A DNA stretch of 64,000 bases. Origin: Octopus sinensis. Its lineage: Eukaryota. The notes under the pieces are model-generated. The model did not search any database, was not told where the DNA came from, and saw only the letters and a list, made by a program, of their open reading frames with translations. The position numbers and the translations under genes were made by a program. Positions 26,426 through 38,929 of the stretch are shown piece by piece. Position 1 is the stretch's first letter, and the number at the start of each line of letters is the position of its first letter. The DNA is taken from positions 1-64,000 of the forward strand of contig NW_021834236.1 in the NCBI RefSeq assembly GCF_006345805.1. The letters are read 5' to 3'.

Positions 26426-26580
26426 TGCCCTTTGACCTCGTAAAACCTACACCAGCAGCGCCCATCTAAACAAACTCAAGGGTTTGAAAATTTTCGTCTG
26501 CGTGGTGCGACGGTATCGTCTGCTAAGAGCAGAGAATCACCAAAAAATGTTGGGTCACACGCTGTTACAGCGCATGCGCA
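26426..26580. promoter_or_regulatory. Candidate cis-regulatory cluster: nuclear-receptor DR1 plus NRF1-type site
   Basis: TGCCCTTTGACCT (reverse complement AGGTCAAAGGGCA) at 26426-26438; GCGCATGCGCA at 26570-26580; unique, CpG-containing context. Confidence 0.3.
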
Positions 26581-26667
26581 CATATTACTACGACTTCTAT
26601 AAATATATTTTATATGTGTGTCTGTGTGTGTGTTTGTTCTATTTCGGAGAAATCGGAAGAAGACACT

Positions 26668-26981
26668 AATTCTTCTTTCGCCCATTTCAAGTCTAGCCAA
26701 GCTCATGAGCCCGTTTTCCTGGTTTCTGTGGCGTATGTGTTCCCCCCAGTTGGACGGGACACCACTCTATCACAGCGCTACTCAAGAAACAGGAAAAGAG
26801 AGCGAGAGAAAGTTGTAGCGAAAGAGTACAATAAGGGTCGCCACCACCCCTTGCCGGAGCCTCGTGGAGCTTTTAGGTGTTTTCGCTCAATAAACACACA
26901 CAACGCCCGGTCTGGGAATCGAAACCGCGATCCTCCGACCGCGAGCCCGCTGCTCTAACCACTGGGCCATTGCGCCTCCAC
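26668..26981 (-). mobile_element. tRNA-SINE with V-domain-like core
   Basis: Head GGAGGCGCAATGGCCCAGTGGTTAGAGCAGC...GGTTTCGATTCCC; minus-strand CTGTGATAGAGTGGTGTCCCGTCCAACTGGG resembles the V-SINE motif CTGCGATGGACTGGCGTCCCGTCCAGGG. Confidence 0.7.
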
Positions 26982-27778
26982 AAGAAGACACTACAGAAAA
27001 AATACAATTTTTGAAGTCATTCGTCTTTCATGTACTTATTGAATTTATTCTTATTTACTTCGCTATTACTCTACATTTAAATACTGAGTAAATTACAGTC
27101 TGGTTTTTGGCTGTTTGTACATTATACAGGCAATACACACACACACACACACACACACACGAACATGTATGTATGTATGTGTGTATGTATGTATGCATTC
27201 GTTTGTATATATATATATTATATATATAATATATATATATATATTATATATATATATATTTCAGAACTAATGTAATTACTATTCTCCTGATCATTAGCAT
27301 AATCAAAATCGATATCATGGCGACCGATTTACATTCCACAACATCTGCAAGTGCTGCGATACCAACGCAAACATCACTCTAGTCTCTATTTTTAATCATG
27401 AACTACTTATTAAAACACTTCATCGTATTAAGCATTCATGAGAAACGAAGAACAACGCCATGATGGATGCTACTATTTCTACAAAATCTCTCAACCATTC
27501 GATGTAGTACAAAGATCATTTTCGAACCATTTTCCATTGTCTTCTAAAACATAAGTGAGGGTTGTACTGAATAGTGCAGTCTTTGATGTAAAATAATATC
27601 AGAGTGGTTACGGTTGGAATAAATTTTAATCATAGGTCTACAAGCTTAAGGGTCGCCTTCGGCTAAATAATGCCTCTAAAGCCATCTGCCACCAACAATC
27701 ACTGGCTTCATTACTAGCTTCTACAAACAATTTAAAAATTTTACACATATGTATTATATATATATATATATTATATAT

Positions 27779-27833
<55 letters not shown>

Positions 27834-27842
27834 TATATACAC

Positions 27843-27881
<39 letters not shown>

Positions 27882-28642
27882 CGTGTGTGTGTATGTGTGT
27901 ATATGTATATATATATGTATGTATATATTATATATTTATATGTGCATATATATATACATATATATATATGTATGCACACACACATACATATATACACATA
28001 CACACATACACACATATACGAAGATGATGGCTGTAGGGTTTTTGATTTGGGTAAAATTTGGATTGTTTTGCATAGGGGCCATTCAGATTCACGCCTTCGC
28101 CGTGAACAAGACATAATCTTCTCTCTTCACTCCTTTGCGCCGCATGGGCTCAACTCCCTTCCTCTCTTTATCAGACTTCCTCCTCTAACCTCTCTTCATC
28201 TCATATCTACTTCCTCTCTTCAATCCCACCCACCTCTTCTCTCCTCTCTTGTCCTGACACCTATATAATCTCTTCACTCCTACCCGCCTTTCCCTTCATC
28301 CTTACGTCCTCCTTCCACATCCTACTTCTACACATCCCTAGACCACAAAATACGAAGAAAAGTTTGTATGAACAATATATCTATATATATATATACATAT
28401 ATATACATACATATATATCTACTTATATATACATTTATACATACATATACATATATACATATATATATATATACTACATATGCATATATACATACATATA
28501 TATATATATATACATACATATGCATATATACATACATATATATATATATATATATACATACATATATATGCATACATATATATATACATACATATATATT
28601 ATATATATATATACATACATATATATACATATATACATATAT

Positions 28643-28673
<31 letters not shown>

Positions 28674-29394
28674 TACACGTTATATGATTGTGTATATTTC
28701 GGGTTGTATTATTCAAAACCAGCATACAACTAACATTGTCTACTTATCCAGTATTTGTAAGCCATAAGCAAACTAACTTCAAGAAAATCGTCGCTGTCGC
28801 CGCCGCCTCCACCACCATTACCATCATCATCATCGTCATCACCATCGTGTCCTGTATGCTACGTAGCAAATTTCCTTCGTTACAGAGACACCAACAGTGA
28901 ACTAGACACATTAATCTTCTTCAGTTTCGACCAAGACGGCTGCAAATGATCGTTGAACTTTCTCCTCAGTGGTATTACTTCAACGCAGAAGGTTGCAAAT
29001 ATTTTCATAGCAGACATCTAGCGGAAATACGTTAGTAGGGCACTGGAAACAAGAGCTACGTCCACGACCACCTCCACCTACGCTACCACAAACGACAATA
29101 ACCACTGCAGAGAAGAAAAATAATGTGCAACAACAGGAAGAGCCATAGCTATCAATATCATGAATCATAATAATGAATACTGGTTTAATATTGAAGAGAA
29201 TTATCTCTGATGTCAGTGAAAGTAACTGCCATTGGAAACGATACTACGAGAGAGATTCCGTGTGTTTAGTTAAGCTGTCAGAAACAGTAGCCAAATCACA
29301 CGCTCACAGAAACTGTAAGAAGCCCGCTGTACACACACACACACCACATATATGCACACACATACATACATACATACATACATACATACATACA

Positions 29395-29427
<33 letters not shown>

Positions 29428-29429
29428 GT

Positions 29430-29605
29430 TTTCATTCCTCCACTCTGTATTTCATATCTTCTCTATAATAACTATTACACAAGCGTTTTCTCGCACCTTC
29501 TCTGATGAACAGGATATACAAAATATCCCCGAAACAGCTTAAGACCTCTTTATAAATGATCTGAAAACTATTCACAGCCTTGTATTTTTTATCATTCTGT
29601 TAATT
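29430..29605 (+). mobile_element. Probable Penelope-derived relic with hammerhead-like motif
   Basis: CTGATGA-ACA-GGATAT-ACAAA-ATATCC-CC-GAAA-CAGCTT-AAGA at 29502-29544. Confidence 0.55.
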
Positions 29606-29608
29606 TAT

Positions 29609-29647
<39 letters not shown>

Positions 29648-29747
29648 CAGACACACAAGTATATAAGAAAACAACAATATAACAAACAAAATCTCCCAGG
29701 TAGCCGACAATTGACACTTGCACCAAGAATACTAACTACACGCGATA

Positions 29748-29783
<36 letters not shown>

Positions 29784-29984
29784 TATCTGTGCTTTTCCCC
29801 AACCGCAGCTGCACAACTTGCGTTAGTTTCTTTACGTCTCTCTAACTTAGAATAGCATTCGAGGCTAAAAGCTCTTCAAGTCTGCCATCTAATGATCGAA
29901 ACACACTCACCAATAGGTTTATCATTGATTCCGTGAAATATTCACGGGTTCCGCTTGTATGTATTATTTTGTTTGAAGGATTTT

Positions 29985-30290
29985 AGGCGAACAAATTAAC
30001 TCCATGACTTATCTTTTAAGCCTAGTAATTATTCTATCGATCGATCTTTTGCCGAACCGCTAACTTACAGGGACGTAAACACAACAATACCGGTTGTCAA
30101 ACGCTGGAGGGGGATGGAGAAACAAATACAAAAGCACAGAAACAAATATATATGCATGTATATATACGACAGGCTTTTTTCAGTTTCCATCTACGAAACC
30201 CATTCACAAGGCTTAGCTTGACCCGAGGCTATAGTAGAATACATTTTCCTACGGTGCCACGCAATGAGATCGAACCCGGAATACCATATC
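29985..30290 (-). mobile_element. Decayed family B SINE
   Basis: TAAGCCTAGT..TTATTCTATCG..TTTTGCCGAACCGCTAA through GGTGCCACGCAATGAGATCGAACCCGGA. Confidence 0.75.
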
Positions 30291-31825
30291 TTCACTCCAC
30301 AATACCATATCTTTTATCTTTCACGTTCTTACTTCTGTCTGTGGACTGCTCCCATGCTTCAAGCGTTTTAGTCAAACAAATGGACCCTAATGCTTTGATG
30401 TCTTGTTGGTTTTTTTTTTCTAAGTGTGACTCTTATTCTATCGGTTACATTAGCCGAACCACTATATTACGACGCGTAAACAAACCGATACCGGTCGGTT
30501 TCTTTACATTCATTACTTAACATCTTCTTCCCGAAAGGGAGAGAAAGAGGGTAAAGATGGAGAGAGGATAAATGGAGGGGATAGGGAGTTATAGATAAAG
30601 GGAGTTTTAGTCTTGCTCGATTACGTTTTGGTTTTGCTAATTTTTTCTTGAGAACATTTCTTAGTGGTAAGACCATAGCAGATCTATTTCTAGCATAAGG
30701 GTGTCCACATAGTGGTTTCCCTCTAATATGTATATAATACAATTTTACTGAACCTTCAGTTTTTTTATATGCTAGACCACTGGTGTGAAATCGATGTTAA
30801 TTAAATTACTATCTAATTTCTCACCCTCATTTAAAATTTATATATATATATATATATAAATGTATGCGAATATATAAATGTATGTGAATGGTGGTGCCCC
30901 AGCATGGCCACAGCTCGTGAGCTGAAACTTAATAAAAAATGATAATAATAATAATAATCATAATATATATATATATATATTTACACGGCAGACTTCTTCC
31001 AGTTTCCGTTTACCAAATCCACTGATAAGTTTGCAGTCGACTCGGTATCTTAGATGGCGCTTGCCAAGGGTAACATACAGTGGGACTGAACCCGCGACAA
31101 CATAGCGTGAAAGAGATGTCTATCTAAAAATTAAAAACTACCTGCGATGCTCTATATTGGATCGTCTTTGATCATGAAACTGCTCGTTACGGGCTGGCAC
31201 AGATACCAAACCCAATTCTGACTTTCAAGTCTTCCTCCGCTATCTTCTGTAAGATAGACCCGCCGCCGACGCCACCGATACCACCACCACCATACTCTCT
31301 ACCACTACGGCTATAGTGACATCAAGTAATATTAATAACGAAATAAAGATTCTAATGACAAGAATTGCTGCAACAAATTTATCATTTCCCATCGGAGACA
31401 TCACCACCAGCAAATAGAGAGCAGCAACGAATAATTGTGTAGGTGTGTGCGTGCGTGTGTATGTGTGAGCATCTGCGCCTGTATGCGTGTGCGTTTGTAT
31501 GTGTGTGTTGTTTGAGGAGCTGTTACATTTATTAATTTTATTCTCGTTTTATACACACGCATTCGCACGTATGTACAAGTTGTGTGCTTGTGTATATGGA
31601 GATACACACACAGAATCATACACACACTCACATATGCATATATACGTATACAGAGGGAGGGATACAGATACGCGCGAACATATATATACACACACATTAC
31701 ATCGAGTGGCATACATACATACATATTTGTATGCAAAGATGCAAACCTATATACACGCATATATGTGCACAAACACACACACATGCACACATACACACAC
31801 ACGCACGCACACGTACACATATTCA

Positions 31826-32900
31826 GATAGACTACCACATAGATATGCACACACACGCCCACAAACACACAGGCACGCACGCACTCATGCACATAGATAC
31901 ATTTGTATTTAGACAGAACACTACATAGATATGAATACACACGCGCGCACACACACACACACGCACACACACACAGACACAGACACACACATAGACATAC
32001 ATATATGTATATATAGATTGACCATCACATAGATATGAATACACACGCTCACACACAGACGCAGACACACACACGCATGCACACATACACATGCATATAA
32101 GTATATATATAAATAGACCACACGTTCACATAGATACAGACACGCACGCACACACACATGCTCGTACATATATGTATATATAGATAGATTACCACATAGA
32201 TATGTGCACACACGTTCATATACATACACACACATACGCACACACATACACATACATATATGTATATATAAGTAGACCACCACATAGATATGCACACACA
32301 CGTTGAAATACATACACACACACGCACACGCACATACACATACATATATGCATATACATAGACCACCACATAGATATGTACACACACGTTGACATACATA
32401 CACATACACACACATACACATACATATATGTATATATATATAGACAGACTACCACATAGATATGTACACACACGTTGACATACTTATACACGCACGCACA
32501 CACACATACATATATGTATATATATATAGACAGACCACCATATAGATATGTACACACACGTTCATATACACACACACACACGCACACACACATACACATA
32601 CATATATGTATATATAGATAGACCACCACATAGATATGCATACACACCCTCAGACACACACATACACAAACACACACGCACACACACACACCAGCACACA
32701 CACACACAAGCCTCACCTATACAAACATATATGTATATTTAAAGAGACCCCCACTTAGATATACGCACACACGCTCAGACAGACACAAACGCTCAGACAC
32801 ACACACACGCTCAGGCACACACACGCTCAGATACACACATCTCAGACACACACACATACGCTCAGACACGCACACACGCTCAGACACACACACACGCTCA
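31826..32900. repeat. Minisatellite, ~86-88-bp period, about 11 units, followed by (GCTCAGACACACACAC)-type repeats
   Basis: Anchor GACCACCACATAGATATG-like motif with AGATA at about 31841, 31927, 32031, 32132, 32198, 32286, 32372, 32458, 32544, 32632, 32757. Confidence 0.85.
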
Positions 32901-33859
32901 GACACACACACACACACATGTATATATACTTGATACAGATGTATACATACACACACACACGCTGAAACGAAGAAGAGCAATGGAAAAAGAAAGGCATACC
33001 TATGATATATATTTATTGACAGTGATCCCATCGCGCATAGATTAGCATAGGGCCCCCAGACCCGTGGGAGACCCACGGGCAACTGACCAGTGTGCCCGTT
33101 CAATGAAGTCGCACTGTATTCGACTAAACCGACGATAGGTAGCAGCATTAGTACATAGACCAACACTAATACATTGTAGCATAATCATCGAAGACCATTA
33201 CCACTGCTACCACCCACGTCACCACTAGAGGAGCTGTAGCCAACCTTGGCACAAACCCCACCATCATCAGCGCTACCATTAAGCACAGCTACATCAGAAA
33301 CAAATTACTAAAGTTAGCGAGTCTGAAAAGTCAATAATAAAGGTCGTTGATTAGATTAATAGGTTTTGTGTTTGCGGAGAGAGAAGGAGGGAAGGAGTGA
33401 GAGAGAGAGAGAGTGAGAGAGAGAGGGAGAGAGGGGGAGGTAAGAAGGGAGAGAGGATAGAGGGAAGCGAGTGAGAGAGTTATCGATAAAGAACGAGAGA
33501 GGAGAACGTGATGAGGAATAAGTAGATGGGAAGAAAGAGAAGGCGGGAGGGAGAGAGACAAGAGGGAGAAAGAGAGATAGAAGGAATGATTGTGTATGAG
33601 TATGAGAGACGGAGAGAGAAAAAGAGAGAGCGAAGGGGTAGAAGTAGGTGAGAGGGAGCTATAGATAAAGTGAGAGAGAGGAGAACGTGATGAGGAATAA
33701 GTAGAAGGTGGGGAGGGTGAAAGAAGAAAACGTGTTCCTGTGTATGAGTAAAGAGAGAGGGGGAGGTATAAGGTGGAGGGGTGAAAGAGAAGATGGTAGC
33801 GAGAGAGAGAGAGTAGGGGAGAGAGAGAGACAGAATGCTTGTGTATGTGTATGATAGAA

Positions 33860-33892
<33 letters not shown>

Positions 33893-34156
33893 AGGAGAAA
33901 GAGGGAGATAAGAGAAAGTAATGACGAGAGAGGTAAAGTCTGCGAAGAAAGAAAAGAAGAAAGAGAGAGTTATTCCAAGAAAGAGGGGCTGTGTATACAC
34001 ACAGACACACAAATGTACACATACATACATTATATATACATGTGAGTGTGTGTGCGTGTGAGTATGTGTATGCATATATGTATATATATTTGTATGTATT
34101 TATGTATGGTTTCTATGTATGTATATACATACGCACATACATACATATATATATGC

Positions 34157-34206
<50 letters not shown>

Positions 34207-34366
34207 TATATATATTTGTGTGTATGTATATATAAGTATGTATATATATATATGTATGTATATATATGTATATATATATGTATGTATATATATGTATATA
34301 TATGCATATATATATATATGTATGTATATATATATGTATATATATGCATATATATATATATGTATG

Positions 34367-34410
<44 letters not shown>

Positions 34411-34874
34411 TGTATGTGTGTATATATACAAGGTCTTATATACAAACAAAGAGAGGAGGGCAGAGGTTGGTTTCGGAACTTGTATTAAATAGACTCTGGA
34501 TAGACGTTCATAGTTCGAAGCAAAGAGTTAAAACAAGGAAGAAGATCGATAGTAGAAGAATGGAAGGAGTACAAGAAGACAGGACGATGGAAGGCAACGT
34601 CGTAGAATTAGGTGAAAAGTTGCCACGACAATGGAAACAATTGCAAAACAATGGTGGAATATAGAACAGAAATAAAATGGCGTCATTGAGAGTGAAAAAC
34701 GGAGCGTTGCTACTCCCGCCGCTGCTGCTGTTGTTGTTGATGCGGTAGTGTTGGTGGTGGTGGTGGCTGTTGCAATTCTTGTTGTTACTGCTGCTGTGTT
34801 AGCTTCAGCCAACATCATGATTTAGAAAACCCTATGAGTCATTCCATCCGTGACCATTTCTTCTTTGTGTATAT

Positions 34875-35114
34875 CAGTGGTTTACGACCATGTTTTTTGT
34901 CAATGGATTTCTATAATTCCATAGCCATTAGATGCATATAAAAAAAATTCCTATTATATTTACATAATTCAATATTGTTGGGAATTATACTTAAAAAATT
35001 CTTCGAATATTTTGTGTACTGTAGAAATATAGCTAATTTCTTAAACATAAATCTTAACAACAAAATCTTATACGATCCCTTATGGGCCATGATGACCTCG
35101 GTTGAGAACCACTG
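34875..35114. mobile_element. hAT-type MITE (240 bp)
   Basis: TIRs CAGTGGTTTACGACC / GGTTGAGAACCACTG; 8-bp TSD GTGTATAT / GTTTATAT (7/8 match). Confidence 0.8.
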
Positions 35115-35489
35115 GTTTATATCCTTGCTTTAGTTAGCAACGTATCTAAGGGTTGAACAGACAGGACCGTTCGTAAAGGGACCGAAATTCTTAGCAGTAG
35201 TTAGTCGTGGAATTAAACCTCAGAGGTCGCTGGCGCACAGTTTTAACTGAGTGAACTGAAGCAAGGTGAAATAAATTAATTTGCTGGAGAACACAGCACC
35301 TCGTAATGTTGGAGAATCGAACTCACCACACAACAATCATAATGCCAAATATCTTAAAGCAAGTCCACCCGCCTACACTCTGGATCAGTGGTTCTCAAAC
35401 GTTTTGCTTCTGTTTTGTTTTTGTCTACGGACCATTTGGATTCCTATTCAAATATGATTTTAGAATTTAAATACCGGTTTCCAATTTTG

Positions 35490-35705
35490 GTACAAGGCCA
35501 GCAATATCGGGAGAAGGGATCAGTTGATTACAGTGCTCAAGTGAGGGATTATTTCATTAAACCGGAAAGGCAAAATTGACTTCGGCGGAAATTTCAACTC
35601 GGAAAATAAACTCGGACGAAATGTCACTAAGAAATTTGCCCGGCGTGCTAACGATTCTTCCAGCTCACAGCCGTAATAACCATTTCTACTAAAGGTAAAA
35701 GACCT
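35490..35705 (-). mobile_element. Decayed family A SINE
   Basis: GGAAAGGCAAAATTGACTTCGGCGGAAATTTCAACTC...GCCCGGCGTGCTAACGATTCTTCCAGCTC. Confidence 0.75.
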
Positions 35706-35866
35706 GAAATTTTTACCGCATCGGTGGTACTGCGGATAGCCCTCCTCCTTTTCACTCCCTCGATATCCAAACTGCTGAAGGGTCTGCTCAAGGAAGGGGC
35801 TGCGAAACCCCTGCATCGAACCTTTGCAACCATATATGCGAAACCAATGCATCCACACACACACAG

Positions 35867-35961
<95 letters not shown>

Positions 35962-38556
35962 TATATATATATAGGGAATGAGTAGTAAGAATCGTTTAAT
36001 AAAGCAACAAGGAAAAGAAACGAAATAAAATTTTAAAAACACGGTAACAAGTTGGGGAAATACAAGTGTAACAACCATAATAGCAGAGCCAGACATCTTC
36101 GATAAGAAGTTAAGAGGAGCAGAAAATGAAGTACTTTAAGTCGATTTAAAGAATCTAGAGGTTGCAAATGGAAGTCTACTCGTGTTTGGTTTCGTACTCC
36201 GATAATGCAATTAAGTGTAATTAAATAAAAAAAATAACATAAATGTTTGACAAATTAATCTAGCATTGAATTCAGAGAAGCTTTTTGGGAAAACCTAATC
36301 AAATCTATCTTCAACAGAGCGCTAACAAATTATAATTGTGCAAGAGCAAGGAGGAGGAGGAGGATGAGTGTTGTATGGTGTGATGTGATGGGGGAGAGTT
36401 AAAAAGAAACAAAAGTAAAATAAAATAAACAGACAATAAAAACACAAAAGAAATAGACAAGATCTAGGAGGAGATGAAGAGAAGGACGGAGTTTAAAGAG
36501 CAAAACTAGGGAAAAAACCGATTTAGTAGCAAAAGCATTGTATGGCTACGGTTCGGTAATTACAAGTCATTATTCATAAATTCTACAGTTGTAAAGGCCA
36601 CAGATCCGAACTGGAGGGCTTATTTATGGTTCATACTTGGCTGGTTCATAGTTTTTTAAGTTCAGTTCGAATTTGCCTTTTTCTTATTATTTTGTAGTTG
36701 AGTCGATTGATTAAATCCTTACATAAAATAGATGAAATAATTTTGTTGTTGCAAATTATCATCAATGTTTTATATAATCATATTAGTTGATTCATCATTA
36801 TAGACACTGCTCCAGACATCAGCTTCGTCATCTTCCTCGCCTTCGTCAGTATAGCTGTCGGCATTATCAGCATTCTCACAATCATCATAATCATCAGCAT
36901 CATCATCACCATCATCTTCAGCGTCGACATCAACGTCATCATTGCCTTCATCGTATTCATCGCCATCAGCATCGTTGCTGTCGTCGGCGACGGCGTTGTG
37001 ATCATTGTTATTTTCACCGTAATCGTCAACGACGCCTTCGTCATCATCATCATCATCGTAATTGGCGTCGGTGTCGTCATCATCAAAAGCATCATAATGA
37101 TCGTCATCTTTGCCATTATTGTCGACATCTATATTATCATCACGAACGTCAATCTTCATTGTCTGCGTCTGATTTGGTTTTAAATTCAAGAGAAGCAATA
37201 TGACGCGTAGGTGTAAATACGCAAATAAATACTTCAGACAAATTACTATGCTAAACAAAGAAACAACTGCATTTCAAAATTCCAGAATAAAAAATGGTTA
37301 AGGTGCAATGAATTTAAGGATCCCTTCTCTTGAGGATCTTTGAGGGTTAAAGATCGGGCAAATAGTTGAAAATTTGCATACATGAGAATATTTTGAAAAT
37401 CTTGTGTAACCGGTGTAACAGTTATCCTCTCAAGACAAGCCCCATCGATGCAATTCATAATGGTGATGAGTCATGCATCAGTTGGATTACGAATGTTAAT
37501 TCGAAGGAAAGAGAGACACAATACAAAAAAATATCTCTTCTCTTAGTCAAGGCCAATTAAAAAAAAAAAGAGAAAAGCATTGGTTTGGTTCGGAAGAAAA
37601 CGCTGTGTCCTGAAATCGATGTAGCAAAGGTTTCGCTTCAAGTGTTGCTGAAACCGAACCGTTAGAGACTATATACTCTCGGCAATTGAAATTATCGATC
37701 TCTCCCGTTGCCCATTACAGTAAACCACCGACCACCAAATGATGATCAATCATTCCATTACCTTGACTGGGGAACTTGCTCCCTTTAAATGATGTATAGC
37801 GATTGAATGGCTTCACTTCACAGTTATAACTTAAAACGTTTCTTCGTTTGGCTATAAAAGTTTACAGTTAGGTATTACATACGTACTTACATACACACAT
37901 GCATGAATACACAAATGCATATATATATACACAGATACATAAATACAGACGTACGTGCATGCATGCATACATAAGTGTGCGTGCATATTCGCATTTCTTA
38001 TACATATATACATTATATATATATATATTTATATATATATACATACATACATTTTATACGAGAGTGTGTGTATGATATATATGGAAGTATGTATATATAT
38101 ATATATATATCAATCTCTCTACATATGTATACACACACACATATATATATATATAGGTATATGTATATATGTGTATATATATATGTAGGAGTGCACGAGT
38201 GTGTGTATGCGTGCGCGCGAGCGTGTGTGTTACATGCATGTGAAGTCTAAACTTATATAAATATATCTTGCTATTTTCTTCTCACAATAAGTCGAGATTA
38301 ACCTGACACGTTTCACAACTAATTGGTTACTTATTAAAGATTGAGGAACACATATCCTTTGCTTTTACAAACTTAAATTAGAACTAAGCAGACCAATTTA
38401 TTCCTGAATGCTTTTTTTTGCATTTACTAAAAATATAAGCTAATTGGTTTTTCTATGGTGAGTGAAAAATTATGTACTATATACAACTATATACACATCA
38501 GTCACACACATACTTGCTTAGGTATACAGACACACGTGTGTGTGAGCATATATGTA

Positions 38557-38683
<127 letters not shown>

Positions 38684-38707
38684 TTATATATATATATAGA
38701 TAGATAG

Positions 38708-38820
<113 letters not shown>

Positions 38821-38929
38821 TATACCTATGTGTGTGCTTGTGTATGTGTTTGGATGTACATATCTATATATATATAAATTCCAAAACTTTCAACAAATTC
38901 GCAAAGGAAACAACAATACAATATAAAAT

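Noticed and set aside
31826-32760. CRISPR-like repeat-spacer appearance
   Set aside because: Spacers are related microsatellite-like sequences, the context is eukaryotic and there are no cas genes
34528-34818. 96-aa Ala/Thr-rich ORF
   Set aside because: Derived from a decayed trinucleotide tract; no domain
36595-36618. AGATCCGAACT similarity to the miR-100/miR-10 family
   Set aside because: Seed region does not match and I see no pre-miRNA hairpin
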